Below, in pieces: positions 46,444 to 56,011 of a DNA stretch of 64,000 nucleotides. Positions within the stretch are counted from its first letter, which is position 1. Every line of letters begins with the position of its first letter. The position numbers were made by a program, and so were the translations under genes. This DNA comes from an uncultured Candidatus Saccharibacteria bacterium (lineage in GTDB: Bacteria; Patescibacteriota; Minisyncoccia; Phycocordibacterales; DATDWN01). The DNA lies in contig CAZQYV010000004.1 of assembly GCA_964597675.1 (NCBI GenBank), forward strand, positions 5,590 to 69,589. The letters run 5' to 3'. Under the pieces are notes generated by a model that searched no databases, was not told where the DNA came from, and was given only the letters and a program-made list of their open reading frames with translations.

Positions 46444-47931
46444 TTATTTTATTTTTTCTACCGCATCATTTATGCGCCCCACCGCCTCCTCCTTCCCGAG
46501 GACAAAAGCGAGGGTAAAGGGGTCAGGGCTTTTTTCTTTTCCTGATAGGGCGACACGAAGTGGCCAGAGGACGTTCCCTCTCCCCTCCTGTGTTGCATAG
46601 TCAAACACAATAGATTTTACTGTTTCAGAATTCATAAAATTATCTGCACTAGCATTATCAAATATATTTTTTACAAAGATAAGATGTTTTTTTACATCAG
46701 TAGATGGTGTATCTTTCCATGCAAGTAGTGTGGGCTCATATACTGGCTTTGAAAAGAAATATGACAATTCGCCATCTTTAATGAGTGCATCAATGTCACC
46801 CCATTTTGAAATGCGATCAAAAATAATTGGATATAATTTTGACATAAAGTCATCATTAGATGCCATTTCATTTTTGGCGATCTCGTCATTCATTAAAAGT
46901 CTTTTCTTGATCTCAACTTCCCTATCAATGTCCGACATTAATTTCATATGCTCCTTGTTCATCCAATCTAGTTTGTCATCATTCCATTGTGCGCCAGATT
47001 TATGCACCTTCTCAAAGTCAAAAACTTCTATAAGCTCTTCAACAGTGAAAATCTCTTTCTCACCCCCAGGATTAAAGCCGAGAAAAGTCAAAAAATTAAT
47101 CATCGTGTCAGGTAAGTATCCTTCTTTTTCATAATCCAAAATATCTTTTGCTCCATCACGCTTGCCGAGTTTTCGTTTTCCATCCTCGCCCATAATTGGT
47201 GGTGCAGTTACATATAGTGGTTCCGTTGCTCCAAGTGCCTCATATACAGCAATATAGTTTGGTGTCGATGAGATAAACTCTTGGCCTCTGACTACATGTG
47301 TCACTCCCATTTCTATATCATCAACTATGTGTGCAAAATTATATGTAGGATACCCATCACTTTTAATCAAAATGAAATCATCGAGGGCCTCTGGTCCAGC
47401 AGAAAGTTCACCACGAACAACATCCTGCCAGACAGTACGTTTCAATTCTCGTATCTTAAAGCGGAGTGGAATACCTTGTGTCCATGCTGGAGTATTTTCT
47501 GGGCGATGTTCACGATATAAAAAAGGTCTTTTTTCATCATCTGCTTTTTTTCTCAAAACATCTAGTTCCTCTTCAGATTTTGTATCTGCATATGCAAAAC
47601 CTTTTTCGATTAATTTTTCTGCATATTTCTGATATATATTCAGTTCCCTCATTCTCTCTGATTGTATGTACGGTGCAAAAGGACCTCCAATATCTGGTCC
47701 CTGATCCCACTCTAAACCAAGCCATTTAAGGGATTTCATAATATGTTCGAGTGAGCCCTCCACTTCGCGTTTTTGGTCTGTGTCCTCGATTCTTAAAATA
47801 AATTGACCCTTGTGTTTTCGCGCAAAGAGCCATGCATAAAGAGCAGTACGAACACCACCTACGTGCATAAAACCTGTAGGCGATGGTGCAAATCGTGTCA
47901 CTATATTAGTTTGGTTTGTATTTTCATCCAT
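46444..47931 (-). CDS. gltX: Glutamyl-tRNA synthetase
   Basis: HVGGVRTALYAWLFA (HIGH-type) and ...KLGKRDGA (KMSKS-type) motifs. The length of 495 aa is typical. Confidence 0.9.
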   Translation of the reverse strand: MDENTNQTNIVTRFAPSPTGFMHVGGVRTALYAWLFARKHKGQFILRIEDTDQKREVEGSLEHIMKSLKWLGLEWDQGPDIGGPFAPYIQSERMRELNIYQKYAEKLIEKGFAYADTKSEEELDVLRKKADDEKRPFLYREHRPENTPAWTQGIPLRFKIRELKRTVWQDVVRGELSAGPEALDDFILIKSDGYPTYNFAHIVDDIEMGVTHVVRGQEFISSTPNYIAVYEALGATEPLYVTAPPIMGEDGKRKLGKRDGAKDILDYEKEGYLPDTMINFLTFLGFNPGGEKEIFTVEELIEVFDFEKVHKSGAQWNDDKLDWMNKEHMKLMSDIDREVEIKKRLLMNDEIAKNEMASNDDFMSKLYPIIFDRISKWGDIDALIKDGELSYFFSKPVYEPTLLAWKDTPSTDVKKHLIFVKNIFDNASADNFMNSETVKSIVFDYATQEGRGNVLWPLRVALSGKEKSPDPFTLAFVLGKEEAVGRINDAVEKIK

Positions 47932-47957
47932 AATTTTTTATAACAACCTTTAGAAAA

Positions 47958-49085
47958 CTATTGCTCGTGTGAAAGAGTAATATTCAAAACTTGTTCTGCA
48001 ATAAGTCGCGCAGAATCTCTCCTTGCAAAACCTAGTGCCGCTTTTTTCATCTTTTCCTTTTCATCAGGGTTAGTCATGATGCGATTTATCTCAGCAATAA
48101 GTATATGACCATTGAGGTTTTTCTCCTCTATTACAACTGCCGCTCCTGTTCGTGCGTATGAATAGGCATTCATTCTCTGATGATCACCATTTGATTTTGT
48201 AATCGGAATAATAATGCTTGGTCTACCCCATGAGGCAATTTCAAAAATTGTTGAACCTGCCCGAGATATAACAATATCAGATGCCCCAGCAGTCATTCTC
48301 TGTTGTAGTAGATCAAGATAGTCATATGGTTTATAACGATTCTTGTTTACACTGTCATGCAAAATTAGTTCAGATGTCTCTTTCATAACACCAATATTTG
48401 CCTTACCTGTTTGATGGATAACATTGTATGATTTTACAAGTTCTGGTAGTGCATCCATAATTACATCATTGATCATCTGAGCGCCCTGTGACCCGCCACG
48501 AATCAAAATAGACGGTACGCTTGCATCAAGGCCAAGATATTCATAAGCGCCATTTGATAATGCATCCATAATCTCCCTTCTTACAGGGTTACCTGTATGT
48601 GCGACTTTGCCTACTGGAAAATGTTTTGCTGCCTCGGGATATGACACTGCGATACGTACAGCAAATTTGCCTGCCCATTTATTTACCATGCCAGGCACTG
48701 AATCAGATTCGTGTATTACCACAGGGATACGTAGAATTCTAGCCGCAAACAAAGCAGGAAAACTTGCAAAGCCACCTTTACCGAAAACCACATCTGGGTA
48801 AATAGAAAACAAAGCCCAGAGCGCTCGAAATGAACCCCATACAATTTTAAACAAATCAAAAAAATTAAGGATAGAAAAATATCGCCTAATTTTTCCTGCA
48901 GTTATTTGTCTAAATTCAACATTATTATCAAATAACAACCCCTCATTGTAGGGTTCTGTAGAAAGATAATACATTTTTGGTTCGATCAAGTGGTTTTCTT
49001 TGACAAGAGCATTTATTTCCTGTGCCACCGCAATGATTGGATAAAAATGCCCGCCTGATCCACCTCCTGTGAGTACAATTTTCAT
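47958..49085 (-). CDS. murG: Lipid II synthase MurG (undecaprenyldiphospho-muramoylpentapeptide beta-N-acetylglucosaminyltransferase)
   Basis: MKIVLTGGGSGGHFYPIIAV (G-loop 1) and a C-terminal GT-B domain. Confidence 0.9.
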   Translation of the reverse strand: MKIVLTGGGSGGHFYPIIAVAQEINALVKENHLIEPKMYYLSTEPYNEGLLFDNNVEFRQITAGKIRRYFSILNFFDLFKIVWGSFRALWALFSIYPDVVFGKGGFASFPALFAARILRIPVVIHESDSVPGMVNKWAGKFAVRIAVSYPEAAKHFPVGKVAHTGNPVRREIMDALSNGAYEYLGLDASVPSILIRGGSQGAQMINDVIMDALPELVKSYNVIHQTGKANIGVMKETSELILHDSVNKNRYKPYDYLDLLQQRMTAGASDIVISRAGSTIFEIASWGRPSIIIPITKSNGDHQRMNAYSYARTGAAVVIEEKNLNGHILIAEINRIMTNPDEKEKMKKAALGFARRDSARLIAEQVLNITLSHEQ

Positions 49086-49089
49086 ATTA

Positions 49090-50199
49090 TTATTTTTTAG
49101 CAGACAGCTTTGCAGTTTTTGATATATTTAGAATAATTCCAACCTCAGCAAGTACCATAAAAAGGGCTGTACCACCATGACTAATAAATGGCAATGTAAT
49201 ACCCGATAGTGGTAATACACCTACCATAGCTGCTATATTTACGAATGCTTGCGATACAATCATTATAACAATTCCAACGGTCAGTAGTCTACCAAAGGTA
49301 TCTGGTGTATGTGTTGCAATTTTGAGCCCCCGAAAAGCAAAAAATATAAACAAAAGGATGATCCCGACTGCACCGAGAAAGCCAAATTCCTCGCTTGCGA
49401 CAGCAAATATCGAGTCTCCAATTGGCTCTGGTAAATAATTAAATTTCTGAATACTTTGACCAAATCCGCGACCAGAAAGACCACCCGAACCAATAGCGAT
49501 TAGAGATTGTTGTATCTGGTATCCACTACCAAGTGAGTTTTCGCTTGGATGAAGGAATGTTGTAATACGACTCATAACATATGGGCGCTCATAAGCAATA
49601 ATACCCAGCCCAATAATTCCAGAAAAAAGGAGTATAAAAAAGTACCTCCACTTCCCTCCCCCCGCGATGAACATAGCTATTCCAGCAAAAAAAGTAATAG
49701 CAAATGTGTCAGTATCAGGTTGCTTTAGTAGAACTATACCAACGATTGATGTGATTATAATGAAAGGAATAAATCCGTAACGGATTGTTGTCACTCTGTC
49801 CTTGACTGATGCCAACCATGCGGCAAGATATATGATATATGCTATCTTCAATAATTCAGAGGGTTGGAATGTAGTGGCCCCCAAATCTATCCAACGATAC
49901 GCACCTCCATGCTGAATACCGATTTTTGGAACGAAAACTAGAAGTGTTACAACAATTGCTACGCAAAAAAAGTAAAATGCATATTTTCTATATTTTTTAA
50001 AATCAAAATTTGATGTAATGATACAAGCAATAATTCCAAGAAATAGACCGAAAAAAGTTTGGTTGAATGAGACGTTTGCATATTTTACACTCTGATTTGA
50101 TAATAGACCCAGAGATGCTGATGTAAATATCAAGAAACCGCCAATTACGAGAATTGCGATTGATATAAAAAACGGTATGTCGATTTTTATTTTTTTCAT
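49090..50199 (-). CDS. ftsW: SEDS-family peptidoglycan glycosyltransferase (FtsW/RodA)
   Basis: Ten TM helices with conserved blocks (...PSELLKIAYIIYLAAWL..., ...GSGGLSGRGFGQS...). Confidence 0.8.
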   Translation of the reverse strand: MKKIKIDIPFFISIAILVIGGFLIFTSASLGLLSNQSVKYANVSFNQTFFGLFLGIIACIITSNFDFKKYRKYAFYFFCVAIVVTLLVFVPKIGIQHGGAYRWIDLGATTFQPSELLKIAYIIYLAAWLASVKDRVTTIRYGFIPFIIITSIVGIVLLKQPDTDTFAITFFAGIAMFIAGGGKWRYFFILLFSGIIGLGIIAYERPYVMSRITTFLHPSENSLGSGYQIQQSLIAIGSGGLSGRGFGQSIQKFNYLPEPIGDSIFAVASEEFGFLGAVGIILLFIFFAFRGLKIATHTPDTFGRLLTVGIVIMIVSQAFVNIAAMVGVLPLSGITLPFISHGGTALFMVLAEVGIILNISKTAKLSAKK

Positions 50200-50230
50200 T
50201 GTACTGATAGAATTTTAAATTCTTGGCTCA

Positions 50231-50320
50231 GTGTGTCTTTCTCCTCACACACATAAAAGTCTACTGACTTTTTGCTCTGCTCGGCCCGTCGGCCTGCGCA
50301 AGGTTCGGATAAAGACACAC
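50231..50320. repeat. Hairpin-bounded intergenic repeat, copy E (inverted orientation relative to C and D)
   Basis: The outer IR is GTGTGTCTTTCTCC / GGATAAAGACACAC. The reverse complement of the core (..CGCAGGCCGACGGGC..AAAAAGTC-AGTAG-GACTTTT..) matches the cores of copies C and D. It lies between mraY and ftsW. Confidence 0.5.
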
Positions 50321-50342
50321 CTTCGCCGTAATTTAAAACATA

Positions 50343-51398
50343 TTAACTGACAAGTGCAAAAATCACACCGACAATTGCAAAGACGACACTGACAATCCAA
50401 TATCTCATGACCACTTTTTCCTTTGACCAACCAATTGCTTCGAAATGATGATGCAGTGGTGCCACACGAAAGACTCGTCTTTTTCCAAAATATTTATACG
50501 AAATCATTTGTATAATGACAGACAATGAGGTCAGGACGAGTGGCAATGCGATAATTGGCAATACCAAAACTGAATTTGTTAGGAATGCAATAACAGCAAG
50601 TGTAATTGTTAGACCAAGCATGCCCGTCTCGCCCATGTAAAATCTAGCTGGCGGTATGTTAAACCACAGAAATGCAAGCGTCCCTCCAGCAATAACGGCA
50701 CACAATGCCGCTATATCTATCTGGTTGTTTACAAAAGCAATAATAGCATATGCAGTAAATATAGATGTCAGTACTCCACCAGACAAACCATCGATGCCAT
50801 CAATAACGCTTGTTGAAAAAACTGCAAGCATAACTAGAATAAATAGTGGAATAAACCAAAGACCAATGTAAATATCTCCACCAAATGGGATATGCAATGT
50901 ATTCATATCAAGTTTGAAGTAAAACCATGATGAAATTGCAAGTCCAATGAGACATACTGTAAATATTTTTACCTTTCTATAAATAATATTGTCCTTGGCA
51001 TATGATCCGGTACCAAAAATTTGCATAAAATCATCTGCAAGACCAATAAGGGAAGCCAGAAGAAGTGTGCCTAGTGGAACCAACGTCTGACTACGAGAGA
51101 AAAAGTTGAGTTTCTCTGTCAATTCACTTGGAAAAAGTATATACATTACATAAATAAAAAATACAGTCAATGAGACTGAAACCCAAATTATAACTCCCCC
51201 AACTCGTGGAGTAGATAATTCACCTTTTGTATTATGTATCTTTGCAAAATCGTCGGTAGTAATATCCCCTGTCTCTGTTCGTGGGCTTTTCTTCCACATT
51301 CTATATTTGTAGAAAATATCGGTGAAAAAGGGTGTAATCAACACTCCTAGAAAAAAAGTTAGAACAGATGGTATAACGATTTTGATGACATCAATCAT
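50343..51398 (-). CDS. mraY: Phospho-N-acetylmuramoyl-pentapeptide transferase MraY
   Basis: Multi-TM protein with conserved blocks DDFMQIFG, ...IDGIDGL..., and HHHFE.... Confidence 0.9.
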   Translation of the reverse strand: MIDVIKIVIPSVLTFFLGVLITPFFTDIFYKYRMWKKSPRTETGDITTDDFAKIHNTKGELSTPRVGGVIIWVSVSLTVFFIYVMYILFPSELTEKLNFFSRSQTLVPLGTLLLASLIGLADDFMQIFGTGSYAKDNIIYRKVKIFTVCLIGLAISSWFYFKLDMNTLHIPFGGDIYIGLWFIPLFILVMLAVFSTSVIDGIDGLSGGVLTSIFTAYAIIAFVNNQIDIAALCAVIAGGTLAFLWFNIPPARFYMGETGMLGLTITLAVIAFLTNSVLVLPIIALPLVLTSLSVIIQMISYKYFGKRRVFRVAPLHHHFEAIGWSKEKVVMRYWIVSVVFAIVGVIFALVS

Positions 51399-53230
51399 AT
51401 TTTTTCCTTATCTATGAACGTATTATACCACAATGCGAGCATCAAAAGTAGGTAAATCTTTCTTGAATTATCCTCACTCTTATTTATGTGTTTTTCTACA
51501 AGATTTCTAATATGACCCATTTCCATGTGTGTCTGGATGTATTTGTTTGTATATATTATTTCGTAAATCTCTGCCCTCTCGCTTGTAAACCAATCACGAA
51601 CAGGTGTTGGAAAACCAAGCTTTTTACGATTACGTGTTGATTCAGGGATTATTTTTTCAAATGCTTTTCTAAGCAAATACTTTGTCGTGTATCCCCGCCA
51701 TTTAAACCTATCAGGCAATGTCGAGGCGAGACGTGCAACTTCAATATCTAGAAATGGTACTCGAAGTTCGAGCGAGTGAGCCATGGTCATTTTATCGGCT
51801 TTTGCCAAAATATCACCGACAAGCCAAGTATGTATATCAATATATTCCATCTGGACAGACTGGCTTAAATTTGCTACGTCAGCATATAGTCCATTTAGTG
51901 TGAATGCAGTCTGTTCTGGTGCCTTCCATAATCTGCAAATTTCATCTTGTTTAAAAATCGATGCATTGCCAATATACCAATCAGACAAACGAGAGACTGC
52001 ACGACGAATATAATTTTTACCAAAAAACTCAAATGGAATATTAAGAAACAATTTTAGAATTGAATGTGGTATCCAAGCAATATTTTTGCGTGCAAATGGC
52101 TCGAGATATATATTATAACCACCAAATAGCTCATCTGATCCCTCACCTGATAATACAACCGTAACATGTTTTCGCGCCTCACGTGAGACAAAATATAGAC
52201 CAATTGCTGATGGATCAGCTACGGGCTCATCAAAATGCCAAACCGCCTTTGGTAATACAGAAAAATATTCATCGGGGCCAATAGTAATTTCAGTATGATC
52301 TGTTCCAAGAAAATCAGCTGTTTCTCGTGCCTCTACACCTTCAGTTAGAGTATTAAACCCAACAGTAAATGTTTTAATTTTTTTAGTCCCTCGAATAGTC
52401 TGCATCATTGTCGCTATAATGCTACTGTCGACACCACCAGAAAGAAATGAGCCCACTGGAACATCGGCTATCATATGGTGTGCTACCGAGTCACGTATAG
52501 TATCTTGTATATCTTTTGTCGTCCTCTCTTCATCAAGATTTTCATCTGGTCTAAATGTAAACGACCAATATTTTTTTATAGTGAATGTGCCCGTAGTGCA
52601 ATCAATTGACATGCAATGTCCCGGAGGAAGTTTATACGCATCTTTGAAAAATGTCTCTGTCAGCGGGTTGTACTGATAAGAAAGATAATTGTAGACTGCA
52701 GTATCATTTACTACTGGTACATAGTCTGGTATTGAAAAAAAACTTTTTATTTCAGAGCCAAAGGCAATAAACTTGCTGTCTTGCACATAATAGTATAGTG
52801 GCTTTATACCAAAATGATCACGTGCGATAAAAAGAGTGTGTTTTTCTACATCATAGATAGAAAAAGCAAACATTCCCCGTAGTCGGCTGAGTGCTGTGTC
52901 ACCATACTCCTCATACATTTGTAAAATAACCTCTGTATCCGATGCTGTGTGAAATATTCGTCCCTTATTTTCTAATTCATTTTTTAGTTCCTTGTAGTTA
53001 TAAATTTCGCCATTAAAAAAAATACACCTTGACTTGTCCTGTGACCATATAGGTTGGGTGCCGGTTGAAAGGTCAATGATTGAGAGACGACGCATTCCTA
53101 GTCCAACATATTCATCCGAAAAAAAGCCATCCTGATCTGGCCCACGATGTACAATTGTTTCAGTCATAGCGCGTATGACCGTGTCTGTTATCCCCTTATT
53201 TTTCCCAATAATTCCGGTAATGCCACACAT
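51395..53230 (-). CDS. asnB: Asparagine synthetase (glutamine-hydrolysing) family amidotransferase
   Basis: N-terminal MCGITGI (class II GATase Cys2), the SGGVDSS PP-loop, and 611 aa. A 4-nt overlap with mraY suggests it belongs to the cell-wall operon. Confidence 0.85.
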   Translation of the reverse strand: MCGITGIIGKNKGITDTVIRAMTETIVHRGPDQDGFFSDEYVGLGMRRLSIIDLSTGTQPIWSQDKSRCIFFNGEIYNYKELKNELENKGRIFHTASDTEVILQMYEEYGDTALSRLRGMFAFSIYDVEKHTLFIARDHFGIKPLYYYVQDSKFIAFGSEIKSFFSIPDYVPVVNDTAVYNYLSYQYNPLTETFFKDAYKLPPGHCMSIDCTTGTFTIKKYWSFTFRPDENLDEERTTKDIQDTIRDSVAHHMIADVPVGSFLSGGVDSSIIATMMQTIRGTKKIKTFTVGFNTLTEGVEARETADFLGTDHTEITIGPDEYFSVLPKAVWHFDEPVADPSAIGLYFVSREARKHVTVVLSGEGSDELFGGYNIYLEPFARKNIAWIPHSILKLFLNIPFEFFGKNYIRRAVSRLSDWYIGNASIFKQDEICRLWKAPEQTAFTLNGLYADVANLSQSVQMEYIDIHTWLVGDILAKADKMTMAHSLELRVPFLDIEVARLASTLPDRFKWRGYTTKYLLRKAFEKIIPESTRNRKKLGFPTPVRDWFTSERAEIYEIIYTNKYIQTHMEMGHIRNLVEKHINKSEDNSRKIYLLLMLALWYNTFIDKEKI

Positions 53231-53281
53231 ATTCCCAGTATACTCAAAGGAGGTGATTTTGTCTAAAGAAGGTGTTTAAAA

Positions 53282-54232
53282 CTATTGCTGTAGAGACAGC
53301 AAGGTTGCATTTACAAGTGAGTGCACATCACTAAACCTACCGTCTATGGTTGAGCCAAGGACCACGACAGCGACAGGCCTGCCGAGCCCTGCATCGAACA
53401 CAACCGCAAGATTACCCCCAGCAAGAGCCGTATACCCTGTTTTAGAGGCAATTAGCCCTGGTATTTTCGAGATATCTTTGTTGGTATTTTCGATATTATG
53501 ATTCTTTGATAGTGATGAAACAGTAGCTCCTGTATATTTTGTTGCTTCAAGTATTTCTGGGTGAGTGTTCAATATTACTCCGAGTAGTTGTGCTACATTT
53601 TCAGCACTGCCGTATCCCCCACTCTGTTGAATGCCTTCATCGAGGCCACTTTCGTTTATAAAATATGTTTGTGATAAACCAAGTCGTGTTGCCTCCGTGT
53701 TCATTTTTTCTATAAAGTCTTTTCGCCCGACAGTATAGTTACCTGTTTGTGCCTGGGTTGCACCTATAACCGAAGCAACGGAACGAGCACCGTCATTTGA
53801 TGATGTCACAAGTGAAAAATCAAGGAGATCCTTTAATTTCCATGTTTCTTGCGATAATAGACCGTTATCTCCTTCTGTATTTAAAAACTCTTTTTTAATT
53901 GTTACTTGTGTATTTGCTGGCGCAAGATTTGTGGCAACAAATGCAGTCATAAGTTTTGTTAGTGAAGCAAGTGGTAATTGTGCAGTCTCATTTTTTTGGT
54001 ATAGAACTGTTTTGGTTGCAATATCGTAGACATATACTGCCTTTGCTTGGACTACCACATCTGCAAAAGCCCGCGTATTTACAACTACTGTTCCACCTCT
54101 ATCATTTTTCTTAATTGTCGTCTTATGCAATAAACCATACGCCATAAAGATAAGGCCAATAAGCCCACACAAGAGTGCTAGATTCAGTGCAAAAAGCGGT
54201 ATACTAATTTTTTGTTGGTCATTATTCTCCAT
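53282..54232 (-). CDS. D-alanyl-D-alanine carboxypeptidase (S11 / PBP5-like serine peptidase)
   Basis: SxxK (ASLTKLMTAFVA), SxN (SSNDGA) and KTG (SKTGYT) motifs with an N-terminal TM/signal anchor. Confidence 0.75.
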   Translation of the reverse strand: MENNDQQKISIPLFALNLALLCGLIGLIFMAYGLLHKTTIKKNDRGGTVVVNTRAFADVVVQAKAVYVYDIATKTVLYQKNETAQLPLASLTKLMTAFVATNLAPANTQVTIKKEFLNTEGDNGLLSQETWKLKDLLDFSLVTSSNDGARSVASVIGATQAQTGNYTVGRKDFIEKMNTEATRLGLSQTYFINESGLDEGIQQSGGYGSAENVAQLLGVILNTHPEILEATKYTGATVSSLSKNHNIENTNKDISKIPGLIASKTGYTALAGGNLAVVFDAGLGRPVAVVVLGSTIDGRFSDVHSLVNATLLSLQQ

Positions 54233-54770
54233 CTGTTTCGGTTGGTGTATTATCTACAAGCAATTGTTCTGTAATAGATTGATACTCTGGCAAATCCTCT
54301 ATTCGCTCTAATCCAAGATGCATCAAAGCATCGGTAGTAATAGTATACACCATGACACGCTCATCACGCTCGTGGGTTTTTTTATCAATAAGACCTCTCA
54401 GTAAAAGATTTCGTAATGCAAATTGAGAATTTACTCCTCGAATATAATCGATTTCTTTTCGACTAACAGGACCTTTGTATGCAACTATCGAAAGTGTTTC
54501 TAGACCTGCTCGGCCCAAATCCCGTTCACGCTCCTCACGTATAACCATATCAACCGTCTCTGAAAGTGCAGGAGCAGTGACCAATGCCACAGTATTGTTG
54601 TGCTCAACAAGCCGAATACCTCTATCTGCAAGTGACTCGTGTAAAAGCGAAATTGAATGTTGTACGTCACTAGCCGAGACATTAAGTATTTTTGCCAAGT
54701 CTTTGTAAGTGGTTGGTTCAGCAAGATAAAAGAGAATCGCTTCGATTTTCTGTGGTAATAATGAATCCAT
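54222..54770 (-). CDS. scpB: Segregation and condensation protein B
   Basis: Two winged-helix repeats: ...LSIVAYKGPVSRKEIDYIRGVNSQFALRNLLLRGLI.... Confidence 0.8.
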   Translation of the reverse strand: MDSLLPQKIEAILFYLAEPTTYKDLAKILNVSASDVQHSISLLHESLADRGIRLVEHNNTVALVTAPALSETVDMVIREERERDLGRAGLETLSIVAYKGPVSRKEIDYIRGVNSQFALRNLLLRGLIDKKTHERDERVMVYTITTDALMHLGLERIEDLPEYQSITEQLLVDNTPTETDGE

Positions 54771-54998
54771 AGTATTAGTTTAGCACGGAATGCGAGCAGA
54801 GAAATCCACAGAAAAATACAAATTGACGGCGAAGATATATAATTTTTGGAGCCTTTCGCAGAAGTTTAGAAAACAAGGAGGTATTCCGACATTGTTTTCT
54901 TGAACGACGAGAAGTTCGCTAGCCCAGCAGGGCTAGACAGATTGCTCCAAAAATTATGTATCAAGCCAAGTAATTTGTATTTTTACAAGATATATTAT

Positions 54999-55736
54999 CT
55001 ACATAGTCTCATATCGTGGAACACCGACAGAGTGTGTCTCCATTTCTATGTCGTGAAAATCTTTATCTTGCCGAACATGGATTATTCCCTGCTTGACCAA
55101 CTCAAGCATGGCCAAGAAACTGACAATTACAGAGACTTTCTCCTCTCTTCCAATTCCTGAAAAATCCTTGAAACTCATACGCAGTGTACTTGTGATGCGA
55201 TGTGTAAGCCGTTCGATTGTCTCCTCGAGTGAGACAACCTGCTTGACCACCGCCTTTGGTACTGCTTCTAGCTTTGGCAGATTCTGTATGACATCGCGAA
55301 TAGTTTGGTGTATTCGCTCAATATTTGTATTTTTATCTGGTGTAAAAAGAATTTTTTTATCCTTTGACTGTAGTCTAATATATGACATGTGAATTCCGAA
55401 CCTACTTCGCAGGTGCTCGCTTAGTGCCTTATATTTTTGATATTGCCGAAGTCGATCTTCAAGGTCAGTAATATTACCTTGCTCTTCTTCCGAAAGTGTT
55501 AGATCTGGAAGAAGAGACTTTGACTTGATCAAAACAAGAGTAGATGCAATCAAAATAAAATGTGCGGAATCAGCAATTGGAAAATCCTCCAAACTTTTTA
55601 CATATGCAATATAATCATCTGCAACTTGGGCAAGCGAAATGTCGTTGATAAACAATTTACGCTTTTCAATAAGCGCAAGGAGTGTATCGAGAGGCCCCTC
55701 GAATATGTGAGTTTTGATAGTGTACTGGCTATCCAT
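54999..55736 (-). CDS. scpA: Segregation and condensation protein A
   Basis: The start was set at MDSQYTIKTHIFEGPLDTLLALIEKRKL (ScpA N-terminal signature). The tool's upstream extension is discarded. Confidence 0.75.
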   Translation of the reverse strand: MDSQYTIKTHIFEGPLDTLLALIEKRKLFINDISLAQVADDYIAYVKSLEDFPIADSAHFILIASTLVLIKSKSLLPDLTLSEEEQGNITDLEDRLRQYQKYKALSEHLRSRFGIHMSYIRLQSKDKKILFTPDKNTNIERIHQTIRDVIQNLPKLEAVPKAVVKQVVSLEETIERLTHRITSTLRMSFKDFSGIGREEKVSVIVSFLAMLELVKQGIIHVRQDKDFHDIEMETHSVGVPRYETM

Positions 55737-56011
55737 AGCACCATTATAGCAGGTTTTCTTATCCACAGTCATGGTATTGACAAAAATGATTCGTGGGTGT
55801 ATTATAATTAAAGAATCCTCTATCAAAGGGGTGTGTGCATACAGTGGTAGTTTATCTCCTTGCTTCCCCCGCCGCACATACCCACAAACATGTCCTTTCC
55901 TCCAAAAAACCTCAGACAGTTAGGCCCTGACTCATGTAAATCCTCAGAAGAGGTAAAGAGCACAGGGCCTGTTTTTTTATCAAAAAATCCTCTTGCGAGG
56001 ATATTTTGCTT

